Assembly (NCBI GenBank): GCA_043228905.1
Contig: JBHGNT010000021.1
Coordinates: forward strand, 6,386,001 to 6,450,000
Length of the DNA stretch: 64,000 nt
Direction of reading: 5' to 3'
From: Azolla caroliniana
Lineage: Eukaryota; Plantae; Polypodiophyta
The notes under the pieces: model-generated
Seen by the model: the letters and a program-made list of their open reading frames with translations, nothing else
What the model was told of the DNA's origin: nothing
Databases searched by the model: none
Shown: in pieces, positions 49,771 through 62,700 of the stretch
How the letters are laid out: each line of letters starts with the position of its first letter
Numbering within the stretch: position 1 is the first letter of the stretch
Made by a program: the position numbers and the translations under genes

Positions 49771-50949
49771 ATGGCAAAGAAAGAAGAACAGGAGGAACTA
49801 CTGGTGGCATTTCACGAGACTCCCTGGGCCGGACACCGCGGAACGTGGGCCACGTTCGAGAAGCTGAAGGAGAAGTATTGGTGGCCGGGGCTGTACCGGG
49901 ACATGCATCTGTTCGTAACGACTTGTGAAAGCTGTCAGATGCACTCCATAGTCCGACATCAGGACGAGCCACACCCGACTTACCCGCGTGCGGTCCATTT
50001 CAAGTGGATGGTGGACTTCGTGACGATGCCGATGGGGGTAGGACAAATGCGATACCTGGTGCTTGCGCAGGAAGACTTAACGAACCAGGTGGAAGGCCAT
50101 GCACTGCAAAGCAAGACAACCGCAGCAGTATGCCAGTTCCTGATCGAAGAGGTAGTGTGTCGGTATGGGTGCGTCGGGAGGATCGTGGCGGACCGGGGAG
50201 AGCTGGATGCACGAGAAGCTGAGGAGCTGTTCGACCGGCTGGGCGTCAAACTCTCCCTCACTACGACATACAATCCGGAGGCGAACGGGAAGGTAGAACG
50301 TGGGCACGGGCCGATCGTAAAGGCGTTGGTGCGTGCATGCGGAGGGCAGGTCGGGAATTGGTCGCGACTCCTTCCTTACGCACTATGGGCGGACCGAACT
50401 ACGCATAGTTCGGTAACAAGGTTTATGCCGGCAGAGCTGATGTACGGACAGAAGCCGATCATGCTGGTGGAACGGACAGTTTCTTCATGAGCGACGATAG
50501 ATTCGAAGGACGAGATGAGCCGGGAGGAGTTGCTGGTGGCGCGGATTCGGCAACTCGAGCGGAGGCCGGAGGACATAAGAAGGGCGAAGGAAAAGCTACG
50601 GGCGGCAAGGGAGCGGAACAAGACCCGGTTCAACCGGACACACCGGTTGCGACCGAAGAAGATCGAGGAAGGCGACTAGGTCTTGGTGTACGACAACAGC
50701 CTCGACAATCAGCACAAGGCGGTGCGGAAGTTTGCTAGGAGGTGGTTCGGGCCCTACACGGTGACGAGCACGAATGGCAATGGCATGTACCACCTCGTGG
50801 AACTCGACGGGACACGGATAGCAGTGCTGGTTGCCGGGAAGCGGATCAAAGCGTTCAAGAGGCGGTTCGAAGACGAGCCGGAGCTTGCGAGCGGGAGCGA
50901 CAACAACGATCGGTTCAAGCCCAGCGGAGAATCGGAGACCGACGAGTGA
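49771..50949 (+). pseudogene. Gypsy integrase (HHCC, DDE core, GPY module) with stops
   Basis: FHETPWAGHRG, CESCQ, MVDFV, IVADRGE, NGKVERG and WFGPY. Confidence 0.85.
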
Positions 50950-53719
50950 AGCCGATTTTCTTCGGTAACTACCCGTCTCTGGCGCATGCCGATGGATGCG
51001 CGGTTTGGTGGGGGTGGATGTCGTGAAGAAAACCGGCCATAGGCGGAATCGGACAAAAAGGCGCATGAACCGGCTCTTACACGGATGGGCGCGTGAATTG
51101 ATATTTTGATATTGATTCATAAATGGATCGGTTGATGTAAATACTAAGTAGTACACATTTATTAGGGGATTGTGCGTATCTCTGTCTTAAGGGACAAGGA
51201 ATAAAGCGATTTGACTAGGGAAAAAGGGGCACCCCTTTTGGGAACTATTTAAGGAGAGGAGAGAAGGAAGAGAAGGGGGATCGCGCGTTGGCGAGGACGA
51301 AGTGCTGCTGCAGAACCGAGTGCCGAGCTCTCTCTCTTCCAATCGTCGTTCTCTGTGGGGTCGGGGAGTTTGCTGCGTCTGCTTCGTGGATAGCCCACGT
51401 GCTTCCAACAGAGTCTCTCTTCTTCCCCTTTCCCCTTTGTTTCTTCGAGTCGTGTGGCTGTCGTCGGTGTGCGTGAGTAGGACCCCATGTCGGGTCCATT
51501 ACCAGGTTATCGGTTGTAAGCTATTGAATATAGTAATCGGATTCCTATTTTGCTTGCTCTTAATCTCTCTCTATGTACTTGCATCTCTCTCTCTCTCTCT
51601 CTCTCTCTGTCCTTGGTTCGAGACCCTCGTGGTCCCGCCTCTTTCTACATGCACGCGCGTAACAACGCGACTACAGACGATTCTACGCGTCTTCCCACAC
51701 TTGCTCCCAAGACCTTAGTAGTCGGCCCCGAGTGTCCACGTGAGTCCCAAGAGGAGGAATGCGGCGGCGGGAGGCCGAGAATCGCTGGCGAGATAATGCG
51801 GGGAAGGAGCAGATGAAAGCCCTCGGATCCGATTCCAGAGAACTCGGCGTTCGGGCCCTTACGCCCACGGGAGATCGAGGAGATGGATGACGGTGTTGAG
51901 GAGTCCTGGCACAATGCCAGCGAAGAAGGATGGGAGATGGCCCGCGAGAAGGTCGACAAAGGAACAAAGGAACCAAGGAACAACCCAACCGGGGACTGAA
52001 CCGCGCGGCACTCCGATTCGGGTGGGGCACGATCCTGTTGTGGATTGTTCGACCGGGGCCAGAATCGGCATGAAGGTGCCGATACGAAAGGGGGTGAGGA
52101 ACGAACCACCCTCTTTTACATGGGGAGAAAGACCGATCGGGCGAAGGTCGGGAATCGAAAGGAAGGTGATCAAGGGTTTAGAACGAGTCCGGCAGGATCG
52201 ACATCGGAGCCGAAACTCCAAACATTGGAGAATCAAGCCCAGGAGAGGCTTGGTTGATCACAGAGCAGATGCTATCCACCAACACCACTAAAAGGGTCGG
52301 TGGCCTGGGACGAGTCACTGAAGACATTACGAAATCGATTACCCCACATCTTGATCGGAGACTTCGGCAATTCAAGCCAACGAGGCGATGTGAGTCCTAA
52401 AGAAAAGGGAGATGGAAGGGAAGCGCAAAGAAAGGATTAACGGCGACGGGGAGAAACGGGAGAGGCGGTTGACTGAAGTATGGGTCCTCCACACTCGTTC
52501 CCGAGACTTAGGCGGTTACATCCGAGGACCGACGGAAGGTGGCGGCGAGGACGCAGAGGTCACGGCCAAATATAACTGATCCGGATGGGGAAAACGAAGA
52601 CAGGTCCTATGGGTCACCTCACACCGGGCTAGTGACTTCGGTAGTCGGCATCGGATTAGACGTAAGACCAAGATACTGATGGTGGCGGCAGGAGAACGGG
52701 ACCCGGGGATGCGAAGTGATGGTCGAACCTAGACGAGAACCAGGTGGAGCGGACTTCCGGATAACCGATTCGAAAGGGAGGAAGGGGCAGGCCTATAGAG
52801 AGGTCGGATCACGATACATCGGTACCACGAGAGAGGGTGCAGAGCGAGCCACCCTCTCGACATGTGGAGAAGGACGACCCGGGACAGGGTCAGGAAGACA
52901 AGACGAGGCCCAAGGAGGATCCTTCACACCGGATCTAGAGACTTCGACGGTCGGCATCGAGTTCGACGTAAGACCAAGAGACTGGCGGTGGCGGCGAGGG
53001 GACGAAGGCGGGAGAGAGGAAGAAAGATCGGTCCTATGGGTTCCTCACACCAATCCGGAGACACTGGCAGTTCAAGCCGACATGGCAACGTGAGACCGAG
53101 TTAGAATGATGGTGGCGGCAGGAAACGGGAACCGACGATGAAGGAAGTGCGGAGGGGCGATCCTATGGTGATCCTCACACCAATCCGGAGATACCGACAG
53201 TTCAAGTTGACGTGGCAACGTGAGACCGAGTGAGAAGGATGGTGGAGGCAGGTGAACGGGATCGAGTGACGGGGCAGAGCGACAAGGAGGTATCAGGCCA
53301 AAGAGGCGACCACTAACCGAAACCGGGTCGAAAGACAACGCGGAAGGCGGGAGAGAGGAAGAAAGATCGGTCCTATGGGTTCTTCACACCAATCCGGAGA
53401 CACCGGTGTCGTGTGGTTTTTCACACACGATATGAAAACTAGTAAAATAATTATTTAAGATTAGCTTAATGTATTCATATAGATAGGTGTCTTTAAGAGC
53501 TTCATAGTGTATTTTACTACGCATGAAATGGATAAACAAGTATCAAGTTATGTGAGTGTAAAGTTTGAAGAAGAAGAAAGAAAAGACAAAATTGTGAGAT
53601 ATCCCACATAGATAGGATAACATTGGAACCCAGGATATATAACGGGAACTAAAACATATTCTTTTTATCAATGTATGGAGTATAGAATGTTTAAGGTGAC
53701 TTGGGTTACACTGTGTGGT

Positions 53720-54340
53720 GTGCATGCTTCGGGCATACGCGCGTATGCATGGTTGTGTTTTAACGATTTGGGCGTATGCACGTGGACGTTTTCGGACGTA
53801 TGCGTGTGTGCAAGTTTCGGGCGTACGCGTGTGTGCGGACGAGCGCGCGGTTCGGGCATATGCGCGTATGCATGGTTGTGTTTTAACGATTTGGGCGTAT
53901 GCACGTGGACGTTTTCGGACGTATGCGTGTGTGCAAGTTTTGGGCGTACGCGTGTGTGCGGACGAGCGCGCGGATGCATACACGGTGCGGTTGGGATGTG
54001 TGCATACGTGGATGCGTACATTGCTGCGCGGTCAGAACTTTTGCGCGCGGATGCGTACACGGCACGGTCGGTGTATGCGTGTGGACGTTTTCGGACGTAC
54101 GCATGTGTGCAAGTTTCGGGCATACGCATGGACGTTTCGGATGGACGCGTGTGTGCGAACGAGCGCGCGGATGTGTACACGGTGTGGTCGGGATGCGTGC
54201 ATGCGTAGATGCGTACACTACGGCGTGTTTACACGGCGTGGTTGGGACGTGCGCATGCGTGGATGCGTACACTACGCGGTTGGGACTTTTGCACGCGGAC
54301 ACGTCTACGGTTTGGTTGCGACGCACGTACGGATTGCGCA
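53720..54340. repeat. CpG-rich alternating purine-pyrimidine repeat region with a ~123-bp duplication
   Basis: TTCGGGCATA(C/T)GCGCGTATGCATGG at ~53728 and ~53851; runs such as GCGTACGCGTGTGTGCG. Confidence 0.85.
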
Positions 54341-54716
54341 CTGCTAAACTTTATGGATGATTGGGTCATTTGGCCAAATTATACAAACGGTCGCATGCAA
54401 CTAAAAGCCAAGGCCATGCAACTAAAAGTAAAAGGCATGCATCTAAAAATGGAAGCATGCAACTAAAAGTAGAGGCCATGCAACTAAAAGTGGGCATGCA
54501 AAGTAACATTGGGGAGGGGGATCAACAGAGAGCTCGATATATGTCCCATTTTTTCCCTCTAGTTTTTTTTTTTTTTTCCTTCCTTCTTCTTCCCTTTGGG
54601 ATTCGAGAAACAAAGGATCTCACATATTGATATCAAACTCCTAGCTTTGTTTACTCGATTTTTCTGGTCAAAAATTATCTCTCGTATTCATATCGAACCA
54701 CTCCTTGCATGGTTGT

Positions 54717-55270
54717 TGGCTCCTTTCTTTGAAAAATTAATCTCTCATTTCCATACCCAACCCATTGTAACACGATTCTAAAATTATAAAGAATCAATTT
54801 TCTTTTGCAATAAACTAATGGTTTGTTTCTCCCACTTGTCTTATGCTTAAAACTTGCTTGTGTTGTATGTGTTGCGCTAAATCCTTCTAGTCCAAAACCC
54901 TGGCTCCTTTCTTTGAAAAATTAATCTCTCATTTCCATACTCAACCCATTGTAACACGATTCTAAAATTATAAAGAATCAATTTTCTTTTGCAATAAACT
55001 AATGGTTTGTTTCTCCCACTTGTCTTATGCTTAAAACTTGCTTGTGTTGTATGTGTTGCGCTAAATCCTTCTAGTCCAAAACCCTGGCTCCTTTCTTTGA
55101 AAAATTAATCTCTCATTTCCATACCCAACCCATTGTAACACGATTCTAAAATTATAAAGAATCAATTTTCTTTTGCAATAAACTAATGGTTTGTTTCTCC
55201 CACTTGTCTTATGCTTAAAACTTGCTTGTGTTGTATGTGTTGCGCTAAATCCTTCTAGTCCAAAACCCTG
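54717..55270. repeat. 184-bp tandem repeat x3, near identical
   Basis: TGGCTCCTTTCTTTGAAAAATTAATC at 54717, 54901 and 55085. Confidence 0.95.
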
Positions 55271-58200
55271 GCGGTTCCGTCTCATGATCGGCACATAGTG
55301 ACAGATTTTCACGACACCGGTAGTTCAAGCCGACGTGGCAACGTGACATCGAGTGAGAAGGATGGTGGCCGCAAGAAACGGGAAACGGCGATGCAGGCAG
55401 AGTGGACCGGGAGCCGGCAAGGCCAGAGTTGACAGGGCCCAAACCCCTTACCGGCCGGTTACGATTTCAGAAGGAAGCCGGTAAGGGTAAACACAGAGTG
55501 GAACAAGAGACGTGCGAGTGGTCATCGAGGGCCGAAGCAGGCACGAGCACGGGACGTCGTTCGGCACGAGCGGTGCCAAATAAGGGAGGCGGAAGATGCC
55601 ACACATCACGGCGAGCGAAGGAAGAGAGACTAAATTGGCAATGGTGTTCGGGAGGGCCGGTCGAACAAGACGGATCGGCGCCGGCAAGGAACCGGCGAGA
55701 CGGTCGGATGCCGGTACGACGGAGGACCCGGTTGATCACCTTCGCCGAAATCTCTCACCCTTTTCTTTCTTGGCACATACCGGTGGATGTGCGGTTTGGT
55801 GGGAGTGGATGTTGTGAAGATTTCCGACTAAAGTGTGAGACCGTGGTGGAATAGGGCAAGTCGGTGGTGTGCAACATGTGCACATGTATAGTAGGAGACG
55901 GCGGTATATAGAATAAAGGGGCGGTTTTGTCCCACATTGTAACGCCCTCCCCTCCTTGGTCTATAAAAGGAGGGAGGGGTCCCTTGTTGAGGGGTTGCCC
56001 ATTTTGTGTTGTAGGGGTATACCATTTTGTGGAGGGTCTTTCTTTTGTTAAGCGTTTCTAGGGTTAGTAACTTCTTTTCTTCTTCTTCTTCTTCTTCTCC
56101 TTCTTGAGAAGTTGGGCGCGGCAGCCATGGTGGCGAAGCTTTGTTAGGGTTAGCTTCTTTACTTCTGAGCGTAGCCCGACTCGAAGCCGGGGTTGTATCT
56201 TTCCACTTGTAATATATACATGCATATCCGTTTGTGCATATTGGTGTGTCTGGGGTGTCGGGTGCATAGCCCTCCCTTGTTTCCTGTACATAAGAGTCAG
56301 TGTTGCGCGCGTGCTCCCTCTCTTTCTCTCACACTCTCTCTCATGTTCGGATGCCTCTGGTACATGTCCGGAGTCGGTTTTCTTGGTGCCCCTTTTCTTC
56401 CTCGTCCGAGACCCTGGTGGTCCCGCCCCTTTCGACACGCACGCGCGTAATAATGCGACAATGTGCAACTTGAGAAGTGCACTAATTGCTTGGCCCGCAA
56501 GCAAAACAGAACCTCTTTCGGATCGAGATCACCGATGAGAAGGAAGGCACCGCTTGAACTCGTGCATACCGATGTATGCTCCGTGGACACGAAGTCACAT
56601 GACAGATCGTTGTACTTCGTGACTTTCATAGATGACCACAACCGGAAGTTTTGGGTCTCCATGCTGCAGACAAAGGACCAGGTATTATGCGTCTTCAAGG
56701 AATTTCATGCTAGAGTCTGAAGAGAAACTGCCCGGAAGCTAAAAGCAGTTCAAGCAAACAACATAGGTGAATATTGAGGACAGTTCGAGGAGTATTGTCG
56801 ATCGAAGGGAATCTGGTTCGAATAGACCGTGCCGATGACGCAAGAATTCAACAGGTTGGCCGAGAGGATGAACTGGACCATAATGGAAAGGGTCCAAAGT
56901 ATGCTATCACACGCTAAATTGTGCAAGATGTTTTGGGCTAAGGCATTGATCACAACAATGTATGTGATTAATAGATCACCCTCAGCACCCTTGGACGGGG
57001 ATGTTCCACAAAGGGCTTGGACTGGCAAAGACGCATCATACCGACACCTGAAGGTGTTCGGTTGTTTGCCTATGTGCATGTGGCTAAGGATCAAAGGAGA
57101 AAATTGGATCCAAAATCTCATATATGCATATTTCTCAGCTACGTGATGACGAATTCAGCTATCGACTCTAGGACCTAGTCAACAAAAAGGTCATTTGGAG
57201 CAGAGACATAGTCTTCATGGAAGAGATGACTATTGTCAACTGGGAGTTGACGAAGAACACATCCTCCCAAACAATCGAAAGCCGACAACCGACTAAAGAA
57301 CATGGAGAACCGATTGAATTCGGGGAAGGAGGCTTGACCTGAGTCAAAGTTGGACACAAAATCAGAGCCGATGAAGAAGAAGAAGCCGACTCCAACCCAA
57401 AAGAAGAACCAGTCGAAGGAGAAGAAGACGTTACCCAACGAGCCGATGAAGAAGAAGAAGCTGACTCCAACCCAAAAGAAGAACTAGTCGAAGGAGAAGA
57501 AGAAGATCCCAATGAGCCGACTGAGGAAAACAGAGGAAGATGATACCCTATGAGAGAAAGAACCCCCCCCCCCCCCCCCCCCCCCCCCGAAGATTTCCAA
57601 ATAAAGAATATGTGCTGTTAACCGACGAGGGGGAGCCGGAAAGCTTCGAAGAAGCAATGAAAGACACCCACAACAGAGAGTGGCTAAGGGCCATGCAGGA
57701 CGAGATGGATTCCCTACATGAGAACCATACATACAAGCTAACGGAGTTGCTGAAGGGGAAGAGAGCACTCCGAAACAAGTGGGTGTACAAGTTGAAACTG
57801 GGAGATGACGGGAATCCACCCAGATATAAAGCCAGAATCATTGTAAAGGGCTTTCAACAAAAGAAGGGTGTCAATTTCGATGAAATATTTGCCCCGATGG
57901 GGAAAATGACCTCCATTCGAACAATGTTGAGCATTGCGGTCAGCATGGATCTAGAAGTCAAATAGATGGACATCAAGACGACATTTCTACATGGGGACTT
58001 AGAGGAAGAAATCTATGTGCAGCAACCAGAAGGATTTGTCGAGAAGAGAAAAGAGAATGTGGTGTTCCGGTTGAGGAAGAGCCTGTATGGATTGAAGTAG
58101 GCTCCCCAACAATGGTACCGGAAGTTCGAATCCTTCATGGCCGATCAAGGGTACCACAAAACACAGACCAACCACTATGTGTTTGTGAAGAAGTTCGAGG

Positions 58201-59700
58201 GAGGAGATTGTCTTATTCTCCTATTATATGTGGATGACATGTTGATTGTCGAACGAGACCAAGTGAAGATTCAAATGTTGAAGAAGGCCTTGAGTAAGTC
58301 GTTCTCAATGAAATACATAGGTCCGGTGAAACAAATCTTAGGGATGCACATTGTCCGGTATTGGACAAAGAAGATGTTATGGCTATCACAGGAAAAATAC
58401 GTTGTTGTGGGAAATTCTAGCTATGGGGGAAAAAGTAACTGGATGCGCTCAAATATGGCTTTATTTATAAACTCATGTAAATAACATAGGAGTAGTAAGT
58501 GCTAGGAACTAGGATTCAATAGGTAGTTAAATGTTCGCAGGGATAGAGTGGAATATGGGAGTTTGAAGCGAGGAGATCGAGGGAAATCTCTATCCAAAGC
58601 GGTAGTTTAATTACCTGATGTAACAACCCCCTCTCTCCCTGGTCTATAAAAGGAGTGAGAGAGGACCGAGGAGGGATCGACGTTTTGAAGAAGACGAAGT
58701 GATGTCAGTTTAGGGATCGAGCTCTCTGTCTCTCTCTCATTTTCTATTTGGTGCACAATTCGGTTGGAAGCCTCTGCTTGCATAGGAAGCCCTTGTGCTC
58801 CCGACCGAGCCGGTTGTATACTGTTATTCCCATAATATATAGTATTCATTTGCTATCTTGTTTTGTCCTGTCATTGTCTTATTATTCTCCTTCTTCTTCC
58901 TTCACTCTTTGGTTTGAGGCCCCCGTAGTCCCACCTTAGCCATTGCACGTATACGCGTATAACCACGACCTATTTGGTGAACCCGACGTGAAACAAGCTG
59001 CAAAGGAGTCTGAAGATGAGAGGAAGCGAGCTCGCTGAGGCCATGGGTGCCCTTGATAGGGCCATCGAGGCAATTGTTGGCACGATAGGCCGATTCGGTG
59101 GGAAGAACGCGACATGCTATCTCGAGGCCTATCGGGCCAAGATGATAATGAGTGACATCCCGGAGGACAGATGGTTGTCGGGATTCCCTCGGGTGGTGAA
59201 ACCGAGCATTCATACGGAGGTGCTTGAGGTACAGGCTGGCTGCCGGAACTGGGAGGAGTTCGAAGGACGGCTCCTTGAGAGGTACGGGTTTGACGACTCG
59301 CTTCGGTTGTTGAAATAGGAGTTCATGGAGTGGGTCGAGAGCCTCAGAAAGGGGTGGAACATGTTGGTGCTCCTCCAGGAGTTCGAAAAACGATTCGCTC
59401 GGCTCTCGGCACTAGACCGGACCGTGCTCGATACGAGTTGGGTCCTACTATTCATTAAGTTGGTGGACGCACTTGATCGGGAGAAGGTGGGTCTCCTACT
59501 GGAGACAGACAAAGGGCTCACGGCCGATTGGGCCGTGGTAAAAAGGGTTTGTAGCCGTTTTGACAAACAGCGAGATTGGAATGATCCAGAGTCATCGACG
59601 ACAGGCATGGGAACCGGGAGGAAGTTAGAGGAGTCAATTACGGCGCGGAGGGAAGAGACTTGAAGGTGGCTCGAGTCGGGTGCAGTCCCAGGCGATGCGG

Positions 59701-62700
59701 TGTCGAGGAAATCCACGTGTATTCGCGAAATGAAGCGGGACCACCGGGGTCCTGGACCGGAAGGATTCAATGTTTTTAGCAACGTAAGCGAGAAAGTATT
59801 GAAGATAGATAGATGGATGAAGAGAGAGAGAGAGAGAGAGAGATTGAGATAGAGATTGAACCCTTGACTTTAGTTTTATGAGACAAGATACATCACCATT
59901 AGGATAACTCCAATCTTTGATTAAAAGTTTCTTTTTTTTTACTTACATCACTTGCCTCCCTTACACAAGCCCAACTATAGGCTTTTATAGGTCTCTCCAT
60001 GTAAAAACCATGGGCTAAAACCATGGTTTTGTGCCCACGGTTTCTATATGTTTGATTCCTACAAAATACTGAATATGAAAAGAAAATATACAAATTATAA
60101 AGCACTCAGTAGTGGCTTTAGTGGTAAGTTAATTTGTTTCTTATCTTGGAGGTGCAAGGTTCAAGCTTTGCTTTCACCATATCATTTGCTCATATTTGCT
60201 TTACCATGACCGGTTGTCATGGTCCCTTGTTCTTCTTTCGAGCATATCCGTTTAGGCTTTATGCATGTTCCACCTTTTTCCCGATCGTCTCCTTGCTCAA
60301 GGCACTTTGACCCGTCACACATCTTTGTTTTGTGTTTTTCTCCCCAAGCCTTTATTTGAATAATGATCTTGGCTACCCCATGTAGTACCTTCAAGTGCAT
60401 GCCCACTTCGAGATCCTTACAAGACCATGCACTATGTTTCTCACTTTGTCCACTTTCATGGTACAATCTCATGTTATGGTTGACAATCTTGACAGTAGTG
60501 TCTTTGATAGATGTTTTGATCACATCCTTCGGATCCTCGTGGTTCGATTGGCCATCGCCATCCCTTGTCATATTTTGCTCAAACTCTTTATTGCACACAT
60601 CAGCTTTAATCCTTGCTTCTTCCCCGTCACTATCCTTCTCTTGGGTCTTACATCGGTTAATGCCCAAGTCTCTAGAACAAGTGTGGAGGGACCCATACAT
60701 TTCCATCGTCTGACTTTTTCGTGCAGCACTTAGCCATTTCCATCTTAAAGTTGTTCGAATCAGCATTGACCTTTGCTTCCTCGGCACCAGCTTCCGTCTC
60801 TTGCGTTTTTCATCAGTTAATGCCCAAGTCTCTAGAACTTGTGTGAAGGAATCCTCGATGTGGCCATCTGCCATTAATTCTTTCATAGCCACCTCTGACT
60901 TGATGTCGTTTCTTATGGCTATCTCTTCAATCTCATGGGCCTCGTACCCATTTACCTTCTTGATCGAGCAAGCTTTGATTATCCTTCTCTCTTTGTCGCA
61001 TGTATTCTTTTCGACCTTCGGCTCCTCGCCGACACCTTCCGTCTCTTGGGTCTCACGTTGGTTCTTTGACGCAACTTCCCAAGTCTCCGGAACATGTGTG
61101 GAGAAAATCCGGTCGTGATCGTTGTCGACGGTTATTGTCTTGTTCATAGCCGCTTCCTTGATGTTGATTTTAGTGGCGAGATCCTTCATCATGTCGATCT
61201 CACACTCTTTATCTCCCTTAATGCAAGCTTCGATTTGGCTTGCTCCATCATCCGTTGTTTCAAACACGACGCATGTTCCGAAACATTTGTCCTCCTTTGA
61301 AATGGCCGTCATCGTCCTCGGGTCATCATCAATCTTCTTTTCATGTAGGTTGCTTTGTTTAGGCAGCTCAACTTCTTTACATGGTTTTGTTTTTTCTACG
61401 CTTGGTCTTACCAAGTCAATATCATCAAACCATTGATGACGCCTATCAATCTTGTTGCATGCTTGCTTCACCGCAACCCAGTACGCCACAAGCCCGTTCG
61501 CTTGGGTATCATCTTTGAGGAGAGTCCCCAACTCTCGTCTATCCTTCATGTCCACAACCATCAAGAAGTACAAAGTTTTGTCCTCCTCAAGCAACACTTG
61601 GTCCGTGGCGGGGAGACGACGAAACATTTGGTCAAACTCGCCGTACACCCTCGAAGCGCTCATCCTCTTATTCTTCTTTTCTATCCACTTCATCAAGGCA
61701 TGTCGAGTAATCCTCGACAAATCTTCCGTCACGAACTCCGCTAATATCGTTTTCTCAAACTCCGACCACGTTGTCTTCCCTTCTTGAAGCTCGATGACAC
61801 GCCTTTGGATGTTGTTGGCGACCACTCTCTTGAAACTTGTAATTTGACACGCTTTAGACATGTCGCTCTGATTCATCTCCCTTTTGTATGCATCAAGGAA
61901 CTTCGTAATGTTCCTTCCATCAAATTGACCCTCGACCTCCACGACACTGTTGACAGCCTTCTCCACGCTCGCATCATTGTCCCGAGATCTAATCATTTGT
62001 TCGAAGATTATCATCATTCTTTCGAACTCTCCCACTTGATTGCTTGAGGATGCCATCTCCAAGTATTGGTTGATCCTCGTCTTGATCTTTCCTACCGCTT
62101 CTTCACGTCGGGTTCACCAAGTAAGATGTCGAGGAAATCCTCACGTGTTCACGAAATGAAGCGGGACCATCGGGGTCCTGGACCGGAAGGATTCGATGTT
62201 TTTAGCAGAGTAAGCGAGAAAGTATTGAAGATAGATAGATGGATGAAGAGAGAGAGAGAGAGATAGAGATAGAGATTGAACCCTTGACTTTAGTTTTACG
62301 AGACAAGATACATCACCATTAGGATAACTCTGATCTTTGATTAAAAGTTTCTTTTTTTTTACTTACATCACTTGTCTCCCTTACACAAGCCCAACTATAG
62401 GCTTTTATAGGTCTCTCCATGTAAAAACCACGGGCTAAAACCATGGTTTTGTGCTCACGGTTTCTATATGTTTGCTTCTTACAAAATACTGAATATGAAA
62501 AGAAAATATACAAATTCTAAAGCACTCAGTAGTGCCTTTAGTGGTAAGTTAATTTGTTTCTTATCTTGGAGGTGCAAGGTTCAAGCCTTGCTTCCACTCT
62601 TATGTATGTACTTAAATGTTACTAGTCTTTAGTCTTATTTTATGTTTACAATTGAGCGCACATCACACGTGCACATGTTTTTACTTTACATCTAGCTTTT

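Larger units (their letters stand above)
30971..51672 (+). mobile_element. Ty3/gypsy element: 5' LTR 30971-46233 (split by the DNA transposon), PBS 46238-46253, gag-PR, integrase, RT/RNaseH apparently deleted, 3' LTR 51019-51672
   Basis: Matching LTRs starting TGTCGTGAAGAAAACCGG. PBS TGGTGAACCCGACGTG. Gag knuckle CMWCDAIGHIRRDC, PR ALVDHGSEINLM, INT HHCC (GHRG..CESC), YNPEANGKVER and GPY. TSD ACGG/ACAG. Confidence 0.9.
53407..55316 (-). mobile_element. 1910-bp solo-LTR-like insertion with perfect CCGG TSD
   Basis: Termini TGTCGTG...CACGACA, CCGG at 53403-53406 and 55317-55320. The host repeat motif resumes afterwards. Confidence 0.8.
29324..56460 (+). mobile_element. Non-autonomous Ty3/gypsy-type LTR element: LTRs 29324-29971 and 55810-56460, tRNA-Trp-type PBS at 29976, degenerate gag, no pol
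   Basis: Matching ~650-bp TG..CA LTRs, PBS TGGTGAACCCAACATG, polypurine tract before 55810, and 4-bp TSD ACGT/ATGT. Confidence 0.85.
27438..58402 (+). mobile_element. Old degenerate Ty1/copia element (outermost host of the nest), related to the young copia at 35425-40971. LTR/gag/PR at ~27438-29323, INT/RT at 56465-58402; 3' end not seen
   Basis: Zinc knuckle (CFYYGKSGHFQKNC), WVVDSGAS and LWHKRLCHMSEKG. PELKNV|QLEKC resumes at 56465, followed by LELVHTDV, LTDEGEPES and LLYVDDML. Many stops. Confidence 0.85.

Noticed and set aside
53543-54466. Overlapping 150-210 aa ORFs rich in Cys/Arg/Ala/Val
   Set aside because: They arise from stop-poor alternating purine-pyrimidine repeats and are open in most frames.
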